Assembly (NCBI GenBank): GCA_963811025.1
Contig: CAWEPX010000033.1
Span: 144,583-208,582, forward strand
Length of the DNA stretch: 64,000 nt
From: an uncultured delta proteobacterium
GTDB lineage: Bacteria > Desulfobacterota > Deferrimicrobia > Deferrimicrobiales > Deferrimicrobiaceae
Direction: 5' to 3'
Part shown: positions 30,724-41,213 of the stretch, piece by piece
Layout of the letters: every line of letters begins with the position of its first letter
How positions within the stretch are numbered: the stretch's first letter is position 1
Made by a program: the position numbers and the translations under genes
Notes under the pieces: generated by a model
The model's database searches: none
What the model saw: the letters and a program-made list of their open reading frames with translations, nothing else
Told to the model about the DNA's origin: nothing

Positions 30724-31372
30724 CAGGGTCTCTCCCGGCCGCTGGCGCCTCTATGTCATCACGGACGAGTCGGTAAGCCGGGGCCGGTCGCATATCGAGA
30801 TCGCGGAGGCCGCGATCCGGGGCGGAGCCGATGTCATACAGCTGCGGGACAAGACCGCCTCCGGGGGAACGCTTTACCGGGTCGCGCTCGCGCTTCGAAC
30901 GCTCACCCGGGAGGCGAAGGTTCCGCTTATCGTCAACGACCGTATCGATATCGCTCTGGCCGCCGACGCCGACGGGGTCCACCTCGGCCAGAAGGATCTG
31001 CCTGCGTCCGTGGCGCGCCACATCATGGGACCCGGCAGGATCCTGGGGGTTTCCGCGGAGACGCTGGAAGAAGCCCTCCTGGCGGAGAAGGACGGGGCGG
31101 ATTACCTGGGGGTGGGCCCGGTGTTCGAGGCCCGGAAAACCAAGGCGGATGCCGGGGAGCCTCTCGGCCTGGGACGGATTGCACGTGTCCGGAAGCATTG
31201 CCGCCTCCCCATTGTCGCGATCGGAGGGATCGACGCGCAAAACGCGCGGCAGGTGCGGGAGGCGGGGGCGGATTCCGCAGCGGTGATATCCGCGATCGTC
31301 GGGGCGGACGATATTGCCCGGGCGGCAGAGCAGATGAAATCCCTGCTCCGGTTGCCGGGGGAAGTCCCGTGA
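30716..31372 (+). CDS. thiE: Thiamine-phosphate synthase
   Basis: 'LYVITDE...GADVIQLRDK...VPLIVNDRIDIALAADADGVHLGQKDL...IVAIGGI'. Confidence 0.85.
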   Translation: MIDRVSPGRWRLYVITDESVSRGRSHIEIAEAAIRGGADVIQLRDKTASGGTLYRVALALRTLTREAKVPLIVNDRIDIALAADADGVHLGQKDLPASVARHIMGPGRILGVSAETLEEALLAEKDGADYLGVGPVFEARKTKADAGEPLGLGRIARVRKHCRLPIVAIGGIDAQNARQVREAGADSAAVISAIVGADDIARAAEQMKSLLRLPGEVP

Positions 31373-32427
31373 GAAAAGGGCGGAAAAGCGTGGGGGAGAT
31401 CGGGGAATTTTCCCTGATCGACAGGATCGGGAAAATCCTGCCCGCCACCAGAGCCAGGGATCTGCTGATCGGCATCGGAGACGATACCGCGGTGATCCGG
31501 ATGGACAAGCGGCGGGCGCTGCTGGTGACCTGCGACATCCAGGTGGAAGGCCGGCATTTCCGGTTCGACCGCATCACTCCTTACCAGCTGGGTCGGCGTG
31601 CCATGGCGGTGAACGTAAGCGATATCGCCTCGATGGGGGGAAAGCCCACCTTTGCCCTCGTCTCGCTGGGACTCCCGGGCGACTTTTCCGTCACAAGCTA
31701 CGACCGGCTGTTCGAGGGGATGCGGGATGAGCTGAAACGCCACGGGGCCCGGATCGTTGGGGGGAACCTGGCCCGGACCGAAGACGTGCTGATCGTGGAC
31801 ATCACCCTGATGGGGGAAAACGATCTGTCACGGGTGATGACCCGCGGCGGCGCCCGGGTGGGCGACCGCGTGTTTGTCACAGGGAGACTGGGAGCGTCCG
31901 GCGCGGGGTTCCAGGCGCTGAAGGCGTTCGGGAAAAAAGTACCCGCAAGGTACCGCCACCTGGTTGCCTGCCACCTTGTTCCCACGCCCCGGGTTACGCT
32001 GGGGCGGCGGATCTCGCGCGCCGGCGTAGCCACCGCAATGATCGACCTGAGCGACGGGCTGGCCGGCGACCTGTTCCACATCTGTACCCGGAGCAAGGTG
32101 GGAGCGGAGATCTATCCGGACCTTCTGCCGCTTCCGGAACGGATCGGGGAGATCGCGGCAAGGTCCGGCAAATCGGTGATCGACCTTGCCCTGCACAGCG
32201 GGGAGGATTACGAATTGCTCTTTACCGCGCCGCCCGGCGTCCCTGCGCGAACGATTCGGTCCCTCTCCCGCGATCCGGGGATACCGATCACCGAAATCGG
32301 AAAAATCGTGGGGCGGAAAGAAGGATATTGCCTGGTCGATTCCCAAGGGATCAGAACCCCCTTGACCCCGGCCGGCTGGGATCATTTCCGGACACCGGGA
32401 AGATCGCGAAAGGAAACGAAACGATGA
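31370..32427 (+). CDS. thiL: Thiamine-monophosphate kinase
   Basis: 'GEFSLIDRI...IGIGDDTAV...LVTCDIQVEGRHF' is the PurM-fold ThiL signature. The GTG start overlaps the thiE stop. Confidence 0.8.
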
Positions 32428-33224
32428 AAAAGGCGCTCACCATCGCCGGCTCCGACAGCGGCGGAGGAGCAGGCATTCAGGCGGACCTGAAAACGTTTAC
32501 GGCATTCGGGGTTTACGGGATGTCCGCCGTCGCTGCCTTGACCGCCCAGAACACGGTGGGAGTGCAGGGGATATTCGACATCTCTCCCGACTTCGTCCGG
32601 GAGCAGATCCGAAGCGTCATGACCGATATCGGTACCGATGCCGCCAAGACCGGGATGCTCTCCAACGCGGCTGTCGTCAGGACCGTGGCGGATGCCGTCC
32701 GTACGTTCCATATCCCCAATCTGGTCGTCGACCCGGTGATGATCGCCAAGAGCGGCGATTCCCTGCTGGCGGCGGACGCCCGCCGGGCGATCCGGGAGGA
32801 ACTGCTGCCGCTGGCCACGGTCATTACCCCTAATATTTTCGAGGCCGAGGCGCTTCTTGGGTGCAAAATCGGGGATCTGGACGCCATGCGGGACGCCGCG
32901 CGGGAGCTCCGGGAAATCGGGTGCCCGTGGGTGGTCTTGAAGGGCGGGTGCCTGGATATCGAATCCCAGGCGATCGACATCCTTTATGACGGGAAGGAAT
33001 TGGTTCTCCTGAAATCACCTCGCTTCGATAGCCGAAATACCCACGGCACCGGCTGCACCTTCGCTTCCGCCATCGCCGCCGGACTGGCGAAGGACCTCCC
33101 GCCGCCAGAAGCCGTCAGGCGGGCGAAGGACTACATTACCGAGGCCATCCGGAGCGCAATCCCGATCGGAAGCGGACACGCTCCCCCCAACCACCTGACC
33201 GGCGTCCACAGCGAATGGGCATAA
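32424..33224 (+). CDS. thiD: Hydroxymethylpyrimidine/phosphomethylpyrimidine kinase
   Basis: 'ALTIAGSDSGGGAGIQADLKTF...VVDPVMIAKSGDSLL...HGTGCTFASAIAAGLA'. Confidence 0.85.
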   Translation: MKKALTIAGSDSGGGAGIQADLKTFTAFGVYGMSAVAALTAQNTVGVQGIFDISPDFVREQIRSVMTDIGTDAAKTGMLSNAAVVRTVADAVRTFHIPNLVVDPVMIAKSGDSLLAADARRAIREELLPLATVITPNIFEAEALLGCKIGDLDAMRDAARELREIGCPWVVLKGGCLDIESQAIDILYDGKELVLLKSPRFDSRNTHGTGCTFASAIAAGLAKDLPPPEAVRRAKDYITEAIRSAIPIGSGHAPPNHLTGVHSEWA

Positions 33225-33339
33225 ACCGTTCCGGTTTGCTGCGGGAAGAGACGTGCCGCCGCCCATATCGCCGGGCGTTTCTTCGTACCGGTTGTCCTTT
33301 CCGCGGCGCCTCGACCGGGACGGGCAAAGGAGAAAGGGA

Positions 33340-36300
33340 ATGAAGACGCATCGGAACGGGCCGCGGTACAGGGAGCTCAGGAATCTCCTCTCCGGGTCGG
33401 AGCGGCGAGCGAAAGAGAATCTCGACTGGCTGATGGCCAACATGCACCCGGTGTTCTTCGAAACGATGCGCGGGGAGCAGGGAGCCGTAGCCACGCTGTG
33501 CCGGGAGCTGGACGCCTTGAAGGACAACCGGCACCTCCTCCTCGCGGAGCGGGAGAAGGCGCTGATCGTGGCGCGCCTCGACGTCCCGGGGTCTCTCTAC
33601 GAGACGATCCGCCATATGACGGAGCGGGAGATCTCCTACTCGGAGATGTCCCACTCCTATGCCCCCCTCCCGGGGACCGGCTTCTTCCTGGAAGTGCAGA
33701 GATTCGAGCTGGACCGGAAAGAGGAACGGGAAATCGCGACGTATGATGGGCCGGCTTTGCCGGAGTCGATCCGGCGGCGTGTTCTCGCGGTGGTCCGGAG
33801 GGAATATCCGGAGATCCCGCCGAAAGCCCAGGGAAGGATGCTGGAGATCCTCTGGAGGAACAACCCTTCCTTCCTCCGCTTCTCCCCGCCGCTGCGGGTG
33901 GCCCGGATGGTCTGGCTCCTCCACCAGGGAAAGGCCAACGAGGGGGTATTCCTCGGTCTCCAGGACCCCGGGGGATCGGAGGAGTGGGGGGAGAGCCGGA
34001 TCCTCCTGGCCGTGTCGAATCCGCCCGACCGGGGGTTTCTCGCCCAGATCATGGAGGTCTTCAACCGGCTCGACCTGGGGGTGCGCCGGGCCTACACCCA
34101 TGCCATCAGCTCGGGGGTCCAGCCGTGGTTCATGGGGACCTTCTACGTGAAGCAGCGGGGCGAGAGGGTTCTCCTCCTCCCGGAGAAGGAGCGGTTCCTG
34201 AGGCTCCGGGCGGAGCTGTTCAACACCCTGATCCTCTCGAACGCCTCACCCATCTACAGGGAGTTCGTCGTTCCCCGGAAGATGACGGGCGACGAGGCGT
34301 CCCTGCTGAACGCCTTCATCGCCTTCAGCCACGCCAGCCTGGCCCACGTCGATCCGGACCGGTATGACTACGACGAGGTCCACCGGGCTTTCTCTTCCGA
34401 CCCGGAGATGGCGCTGCGGTTCGTCCGCCTCTTCGAGCTCCGGTTCGCCCCCGAGGTGGAGGGACGGGAAGAGGGCGTGGCGCACGGCCCTTGCCGAAGC
34501 GGATAGGGAGATCGAGGAGTACAACACGGGGCACAGGTTCCTGGACGACTTCCGGCGCACGGTCTTTCGCGCCACCCTGGCCATGATCCGGAGGACGCTC
34601 AAGACGAACGCCTTCGTGGCGGAAAAGCACGCTCTCGCCTTCCGGCTGGATCCCCGGTATCTCGACGATCTCGGGGAGATGTTCACCTCAGGCCTCCCGC
34701 CGGAGCGCCCCTTCCGCGTGACCTTCTTCTTCACGCGCAACGCCCTGGGGTTCCACGTCGGCTTCTCCGACATCGCCCGGGGGGGGTGGCGGACCGTCAT
34801 CACCCGGACATGGGACGACGTCGTCACCGCCGCGAACACCCTGTTCCGGGAGGTATACGTCCTGGCCCACACGCAGCACATCAAGAACAAGGACATCTAC
34901 GAGGGAGGCTCGAAGATGGTCACCCTCCTCTACGCCCCGGAGACCCATACGCGGGCGCTCCTGGACCAGCGCCTCTACCAGGCCCAGCTCGCCTTCGCGA
35001 ACGCTTTCCTGGATCTCTTCGTGACCGAGGACGGCAAGGCAAGGGACAAACGGGTCGTCGACTACTACGGGGAGGACGAGCCGATCGAGCTGGGGCCGGA
35101 CGAGAACATGCACGACGCGATGATCGAGACGATCGCCGAGCTCGCCGTGCGGCGAGGGTACATCCTCGGAAACGGGATCATGTCGAGCAAGAGAGTGGGG
35201 ATCAACCACAAGGAGTACGGGGTGACCTCCACGGGCGTGGTGACGTTCGCCGAGGTGGCGATGCGGGAGGCGGGCGTCGACATCCGGACGGACCCGTTCT
35301 CGGTGAAGTTCACCGGCGGGCCGAACGGGGACGTGGCGGGGAACGCCATGCGGATCCTGCTTTCCCGCTGCCCGGAAATACGTATCCGCCTCGTCCTCGA
35401 CGGGACGGGAGCCCTCGTCGACCCGGGGGGGGCGGACCGGAAGGAACTCTCCCGGATCGTGTTGAAGGACGACGTCGAAGGATTCGATCCGTTCCGCCTT
35501 TCCCCGGGCGGGTTCCTCCTCTACCGTAATGTCCGGAAAACGGAGGGGCTCAAGGAACTCTACCGCAGGGTCGACCGGACGGCGGAAGGCGTAAAGGAGA
35601 CGTGGCTCACCGTGGACGACTTCTACCGGGAGTTCGAAGGCCTGATCTTCACCGTCCCGGCGGATCTCTTCATCCCCGCGGGAGGCAGGCCGGAGACGGT
35701 GGACGGGAGCAATTGGCGCCGGTTCTTCCCGAAAGAAGGCGATCCCGCCGTGCGCCTGATCGTGGAGGGGGCGAACTCGTTCCTGACCCCCGAGGCGCGC
35801 CTTGCGCTCCAGGACAAGGGTGTCGTGATTCTGCGGGACGCCTCGGCGAACAAGTGCGGGGTCATCTCCTCCTCCTATGAGATCATCGCGAACCTCCTTC
35901 TGTCGGAAAAGGAGTTCTTCGCCCACAAGGAGGAGTACGTGGCGGGGGTGCTGGAGGTCCTCGAAAAGCGGGCCTCGGACGAGGCGGAGCTGATCTTCCG
36001 CCGTTACCGCGAGGCGGGGGGGAAGGTGCCGTATACGGAGATCTCCGGATCCTTGAGCCGGGAGATCAACGACTGGTACGCAAGGATCTTCGCCCATTTT
36101 CAGGCGAGCCCGGATCTTACTCTCAAGAATCCGTTCCGACGGGCCCTCCTGGCCCACCTGCCGGCGCTGATCCGGAAGACCCCGAGGTTCCGCGTCCGTG
36201 TTCGCAAACTCCTGCCGAAGTACCGGGCGGCGATCCTGGCGGCGGAGATCGCAGCTACGATCGTCTACCGCGACGGGTTCACCGCGGATTTCGGGCAGAA

Positions 36301-36364
36301 TCTGAAGGCCTACGTGGCCCGGACGTTCGGGAGGCGCGGGAATGGCGAGGTTGGCTCCTTCTGA
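33340..36364 (+). CDS. Large NAD-specific glutamate dehydrogenase (Bac_GDH family, ~1000 aa), frameshifted near 34480
   Basis: Catalytic segment 'KFTGGPNGDVAGNAMRIL...RLVLDGTGALVDPGG' lies in ORF 34364-36364. The N-terminal part lies in ORF 33253-34506 in a different frame. RBS 'aaaggagaaagggaATG' precedes 33340. Confidence 0.7.
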
Positions 36365-36447
36365 CCGGAGTCCACGGCAAATGGTAAGGTATCTGCCTGT
36401 CCATGGCATCGAGACAGGCAATCATCCCCATCAGGGAAGGAGGAATC

Positions 36448-36897
36448 ATGGAAATTTCGGAATTCACCGAAGTGCTGCTGGAAGCCAAGGAGGACAAGGG
36501 TCTTTCTTTCGCGGCTCTTGGCAAACTCGTCGGACGCAGTGAAATGTGGGCGGCGGCCCTGCTCTACGGCCAGGCCCAGGCCACGGCGGAGGAAGCAGGG
36601 AAAATCGTCTCCAAACTCGGATTGGAGGAAGAGAAAGAGGCGTTTCAATATTTTTTGACCTCTTTCCCGAGCAAGGGGCTGGGGCCGGTCGTTCCTACCG
36701 ACCCCCTCATTTACCGTCTCTATGAGATCATGCAGGTTTACGGTCATCCTTTCAAAGCGATCGTGCACGAGAAATTCGGCGACGGCATCATGAGCGCCAT
36801 CGATTTCACGATGGATGTGGTAAAGGAGAAAGACCCCAAGGGAGACCGGGTGAAAGTCATAATGTCCGGGAAATATCTTCCCTACAAGATCTGGTAG
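36448..36897 (+). CDS. cynS: Cyanate hydratase (cyanase)
   Basis: '[23 protein letters not shown]...[44 protein letters not shown]...[15 protein letters not shown]' is the full-length cyanase signature (150 aa). Confidence 0.85.
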   Translation: MEISEFTEVLLEAKEDKGLSFAALGKLVGRSEMWAAALLYGQAQATAEEAGKIVSKLGLEEEKEAFQYFLTSFPSKGLGPVVPTDPLIYRLYEIMQVYGHPFKAIVHEKFGDGIMSAIDFTMDVVKEKDPKGDRVKVIMSGKYLPYKIW

Positions 36898-36925
36898 CCC
36901 GGAATCGTATCCCCCCTCGTATCGC

Positions 36926-36971
36926 CCGGACAGGGAAGGGATTGCCGCAAGGCGATCCCTTCCCTGTCCGG
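36926..36971 (+). other. Very stable stem-loop (about 21-bp stem, GCAA tetraloop) after cynS; terminator-like but without a U-tract
   Basis: ccggacagggaagggattgcc-gcaa-ggcgatcccttccctgtccgg. Confidence 0.5.
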
Positions 36972-37010
36972 CCTGAGTGAAAACGCGAAAGGGAACGAGG
37001 TGCAGCGGTT

Positions 37011-37751
37011 ATGAAAGTCTTCCCCTGGCAGGGCAAGGTCCTGGTCCTGTGCTTGCTGGTCGCATTCGTATTCAACGCGGCGCACTACGCCGTATTCCGG
37101 GACAGCAATTATGTTTTCATGTTCATCCTGGCCCAGCTCGGTTTTCTTCCCGTCTCGGTGTACCTGGTTACCATCGTCATCAACCAGCTTCTTGGCAGAC
37201 GGGAAAAACAGGCGATGCTGAAAAAGCTCAACATGGTGATCGGCAGCTTTTTCAGCGAGGTCGGCACGGACCTGCTTCGCCGGATCACGAAAAGGGAGCC
37301 GGACAAACGCACGAGCCGGGCGCATCTGCTGGTCGGTCAGGAATGGGGTCGGTCCGAATACCACCGGGCTCGGGCCCGACTGGTGGAAGGGGGCGGCACG
37401 CTCAGCCAGGAGGCAATGGACTGGGAAGGTCTGCGCTCTTTCCTGACAGGAAAACGTTTCTTCCTCCTGAGCCTGCTGGGAAACCCCAACCTGCTGGAAC
37501 ATGAGTCGTTTACCGATCTTCTCTGGGCGGTGTTCCATCTCGCGGAAGAGCTTGGAAACCGCGACAGTGTCTCCTCGCTGCCGGAAAGCGACCAGGAACA
37601 TCTCATCGGCGATATCAGGCGGGTAAACGTCCTGCTTTCGCTTGAGTGGCTCGCTTACATGCAGCATCTGCAGGAGGATTATCCGTATCTTTTTTCCCTG
37701 GCGGTGCGCACCAATCCTTTCGACCCGGACGCCAAAGTGGAAGTCGTGTAG
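37011..37751 (+). CDS. Hypothetical membrane protein (two N-terminal TM helices plus cytoplasmic domain)
   Basis: Complete ORF with coding-like composition. No family recognised. Confidence 0.5.
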   Translation: MKVFPWQGKVLVLCLLVAFVFNAAHYAVFRDSNYVFMFILAQLGFLPVSVYLVTIVINQLLGRREKQAMLKKLNMVIGSFFSEVGTDLLRRITKREPDKRTSRAHLLVGQEWGRSEYHRARARLVEGGGTLSQEAMDWEGLRSFLTGKRFFLLSLLGNPNLLEHESFTDLLWAVFHLAEELGNRDSVSSLPESDQEHLIGDIRRVNVLLSLEWLAYMQHLQEDYPYLFSLAVRTNPFDPDAKVEVV

Positions 37752-38029
37752 GATCCCACCCCGCCCGTTCTCTTCGGTGTTATATCGACAATGTGGCAAT
37801 ATGTGGCCATACTGCTAAAATTTATGTGCCTCCTTGACGGGAAAATCAGCGTCCGCCAGTGATCTCATACAGTGTATTTATGCATAGATAACAAATGGTT
37901 ACAAAATGGGGATGTCACGCCTGCCCATTGGCACGCTCCTTGAGTCTTACGTTGTCGACAGAGATGATGTTCAAGGACAGGGGGATTCATCCCGGTGGGC
38001 AATGGGAAAGGCAGGAAGGGGGTGGCGTC

Positions 38030-38347
38030 ATGGAAGAGGGAAGGCTAAGAGACCGTGTATGCGGGGCGATGAAGCCCATCTGCACCTGTTTCTCGGTTGC
38101 CGCCAGGCAGGCCAGAGAGGCAGAGATCGACGTTCCTTCGAAGAGGCGTTTCCGCCAGGGGGCATTATCCGGGGAAGCATCTTCGGCTATTCCGCCGGGT
38201 GCGGGCGCCGGCTTGCATGAAGTGGCGGCGCGCACGGGGATCGGGGTGCGGACATTTCTGGAATGCATGAGCGATGCCAGAAAACGGGTCGAGCAGAGCA
38301 GAACCGATGGCATCTTACGAATGTCCTACCGGAAATTGCCGGAATGA
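38030..38347 (+). CDS. Small hypothetical protein with 'CxxxxxxCxC' motif, possibly BFD-like or metal-binding
   Basis: RBS 'gaagggggtg' then ATG. 'VCGAMKPICTCFSVAARQA'. Weak call. Confidence 0.3.
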   Translation: MEEGRLRDRVCGAMKPICTCFSVAARQAREAEIDVPSKRRFRQGALSGEASSAIPPGAGAGLHEVAARTGIGVRTFLECMSDARKRVEQSRTDGILRMSYRKLPE

Positions 38348-38421
38348 GACGGACCCGCGGACCACGGGAATGACGCTTAACCCGTGCAGCACATGAACGC
38401 CGGGGGGTCGATCCGACCCCC

Positions 38422-39957
38422 CTAGCTCTTGGTGATTCCCCGTTTTTTCATCCGCGCCGTGAAGGTGGACCTCTTGATCCCTGCCCGGCGGGCCGCCGCC
38501 GCGATATTCCATTTCGTCCCGTCCAGAAGCGAGAGAATGTAGTCCCGTTCCAGCCCCTCCCAGGAGTATGCCGAGAGCAGAGCGGCATGTGGTTTCTCCC
38601 CGAAGCCGGGGGAAGCCGTGCCCGGGCGGGACTCCGGGACCTCGGACCGGCGCTGGCCGAAGAGCGTGGGGAGGTCGGAGAGCTGGATGGTGTTTCCCCG
38701 GGCCACGGTGAGAAGGAACTTCACCGTGTTTTCCATCTCGCGAATATTGCCGGGCCAGTGATATCCCATCAGTTTTTCCATCGCCTCGGGTGCGATCCTC
38801 GGGGATTGCCTCCCGGATACCCTGGTGAACTGCTGAAGAAAATGATTGATAAGCAAAGGGATATCGTTTTCCCTGTCCCGAAGTGGCGGCATCACCAGGG
38901 GCAGGACGTTGAGGCGGAAATACAGGTCCTCCCGGAAATGCCCTCTCTCGATGCCACTGGTCAGGTTCCTGTTCGTGGCCGCGATGATTCGCATGTTCAC
39001 CTTATGGGACTCGGCGCTCCCCAGCGGTTTGATCTCGTTGCTCTGCAGGACGGTGAGGATCTTGGCCTGCAGGCCCAGAGGCATGTCCCCGATCTCGTCA
39101 AGGAAGACGGTGCCCCCGCGGACGGCCTGGAACAGCCCTACCTTGTCCTTCGTCGCTCCGGTGAACGCCCCCCTCCTGTATCCGAACAGTTCGCTCTCCA
39201 GAAGGGTGTCGGGAATGGCGCTGCAGTTCTGGGTCATGAAGGGCTTGTCCCTCCGGGAGCTGTTCCGATGGATCTCCCGGGCGATAAGTTCCTTGCCGGT
39301 CCCGCTCTCTCCCGTGATCAGGACCGGGAAATCTTCATCGGCATAGGCCTCGGCGGTCCGCAGGACCGAAAGCAACGCTTCGCTCCGCCCGATGATGAGC
39401 GGCGGGGACCGGACCTCGTCCAGTATCCTCCTCAACTCGATGTTCTGTTTCTGCTGATCCTGCAGGGCCAGGGAGGCGCTCAGGGCGATCCCCCCGGTGG
39501 TCACCAATCCTTCCAGCAGACCCAGGTAGTCGGCATCCAGGTTCAGCCGGCCTCCTCCCGCGCTCGTGTCGATGATCTGCACGGCCCCGTAGACGGCACC
39601 GTCCTTCAATTTCAGGGGAATACAGAGGATCAGGGTACTCTTGACGTCCAGGGAGTGCTCGATCTCCTTGAAGTGGCGGGGGTCCTTCCCGGCTTCGGCG
39701 ATGATCGTCCTTCCCGTCTTGAACACGGAATCCACGATGCTCCGGTGCCCGGCGTTGATGGCCAGCCCCTTGACCTTGTCGCTTTCGGGACCGGCCGCCT
39801 CCGTGCAGATGTACCTGTCCCCCCTCCGGATCCACACGGACCCCCTCTCCACGTTCTGGATCTGCATCAGGGTTTCCAGGAACTGAATCTGGAATTGGTC
39901 GGGATCGAGCTTATCGAACAGGGACTTGATGAATCGGAGTGGTAACTTCTCATCCAT
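38422..39957 (-). CDS. Sigma-54-dependent transcriptional activator with N-terminal GAF domain
   Basis: 'VLITGESGTGKELIAREIH', 'GAFTGA', 'ESELFGY' and a C-terminal HTH 'AAARRAGIKRSTFTARMKK'. Confidence 0.85.
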   Translation of the reverse strand: MDEKLPLRFIKSLFDKLDPDQFQIQFLETLMQIQNVERGSVWIRRGDRYICTEAAGPESDKVKGLAINAGHRSIVDSVFKTGRTIIAEAGKDPRHFKEIEHSLDVKSTLILCIPLKLKDGAVYGAVQIIDTSAGGGRLNLDADYLGLLEGLVTTGGIALSASLALQDQQKQNIELRRILDEVRSPPLIIGRSEALLSVLRTAEAYADEDFPVLITGESGTGKELIAREIHRNSSRRDKPFMTQNCSAIPDTLLESELFGYRRGAFTGATKDKVGLFQAVRGGTVFLDEIGDMPLGLQAKILTVLQSNEIKPLGSAESHKVNMRIIAATNRNLTSGIERGHFREDLYFRLNVLPLVMPPLRDRENDIPLLINHFLQQFTRVSGRQSPRIAPEAMEKLMGYHWPGNIREMENTVKFLLTVARGNTIQLSDLPTLFGQRRSEVPESRPGTASPGFGEKPHAALLSAYSWEGLERDYILSLLDGTKWNIAAAARRAGIKRSTFTARMKKRGITKS

Positions 39958-40130
39958 GGGGCGGCTCCATTTTTTTTCTACCTCTCTTCCCGGGAGAGCG
40001 TCAAGCGGACGTTTCCGGCGAGGGTGACCCGGATCATTTTTTTGCCCTGACGACGAGAAAGCACCCCACGCCGTGCCCTTCCCGGACCGGACCCGTCTTT
40101 TCCCTCCCGCCCGGATCCCCCCCGGCGGTC

Positions 40131-40397
40131 CTACTCCGCTCCTCCCTTGCCCGGCCAGGGACAAGCGTTCGATACCGTGATCACCATGACCGCGTGACCC
40201 TTGGCCGCGGCCCCGCGGAAAGCGTCGAAAAGGGCCGGGAAGACCTTCTCGTCATCGCCCCACACCAGGGTGCTCATCGCCCCGGTCTGTCTTTCGATCC
40301 CGTGTTGCGCAAACGTCTGCGTCACGGCGTCGATGGAGGGGGAGAGATCATCCTGCCCCAACGGGTAGAGGCTTACCTGCGCGGAAATTCCATACAT
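40131..40397 (-). CDS. MTH1187/YkoF-family small protein (thiamine/HMP-binding fold, DUF77)
   Basis: 'MYGISAQVSLYPLGQDDLSPSIDAVTQTFAQHGIERQTGAMSTLVWGDDEKVFPALFDAF' is the characteristic pattern. Confidence 0.65.
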   Translation of the reverse strand: MYGISAQVSLYPLGQDDLSPSIDAVTQTFAQHGIERQTGAMSTLVWGDDEKVFPALFDAFRGAAAKGHAVMVITVSNACPWPGKGGAE

Positions 40398-40467
40398 GTC
40401 GCTCGACCTCCTTGTGGTAGGCGCCTCCCTGCCGTCCATCCGACGGGCACGGATGACTCCCTGGAAC

Positions 40468-41213
40468 CTAGTGATGTCCCCCGTGCTTTTCCAGAAGGCG
40501 GAGGATGTTCTCGTAGCCCCTGTGGTCCGCGTTCTGCAGTGGCGTAACGCCGAATTTGTCCCTCGCGTTCACGTCGGCCCCCTTCGCGATGAACAGCCTG
40601 GCAAGGTCCTCGTATCCCTTCAGGGCGGCCAGGTGCAGCGGCGTGATTCCGTAGTTGTTCCTCGCGTTGACGTCTGCCCCCTTCGACACGAGCAGTATCG
40701 CGACCGGTTTGTGGCCCATGTAGACCGCCTTGTGCAGCGGCGTGTCGCCACCCTGGTCCTTCGCGTCCAGGTCGACACCGCGCGCGAGAAGCTGTTTCAT
40801 CACGGCCTCGTTTCCCGTATCGGCCGCGTACAGCAAAGGCGTCTGCCCGAATCTGTCTCTCGCCTCCACGTCGGCGCCGTTCGCGATCAGGAGTTTCACT
40901 ACCTCTTCCCGGTTTTTCTCAACGGCCTTGTGCAACGGCGTTCCGTCATTGGCATCCTTCGCGTTCACATCGGCGCCGCTTTCGATCAGGAGATTCGCGA
41001 TGGCCCCGTTTCCCGACTCGGCTGCCCAGTGCAGCGGCGTTCTGCCGAGGTTATCCCTCGCGTTCACGTCGGCGCCCTCGGCGATGAGCTCCACCGCCAG
41101 CAACCAGTTTCCGTCCATGGCTGCCAGATGAAGAGGCTCCGCGGATACGGGAGATGCGGCAATCGCGATCGCGGATATCAGAATTCCGACCAGGAGAAAA
41201 CGAACGGCCACGG
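40468..41213 (-). CDS. Secreted ankyrin-repeat protein
   Basis: GTG start after 'aaaggagcaaaccc'. Signal peptide 'VAVRFLLVGILISAIAIAASPVSA'. About 6 ANK repeats ('GRTPLHWAAESGNGAIANLLIESGADVNAKD...'). Confidence 0.75.

Noticed and set aside
34688-36421. 577-aa minus-strand ORF
   Set aside because: It is antisense to the NAD-glutamate dehydrogenase, which carries the strong 'KFTGGPNGDVAGN' motif. This is a shadow ORF.
38587-39945. 452-aa plus-strand ORF
   Set aside because: It is antisense to the sigma-54 activator, whose AAA+ motifs are unambiguous.
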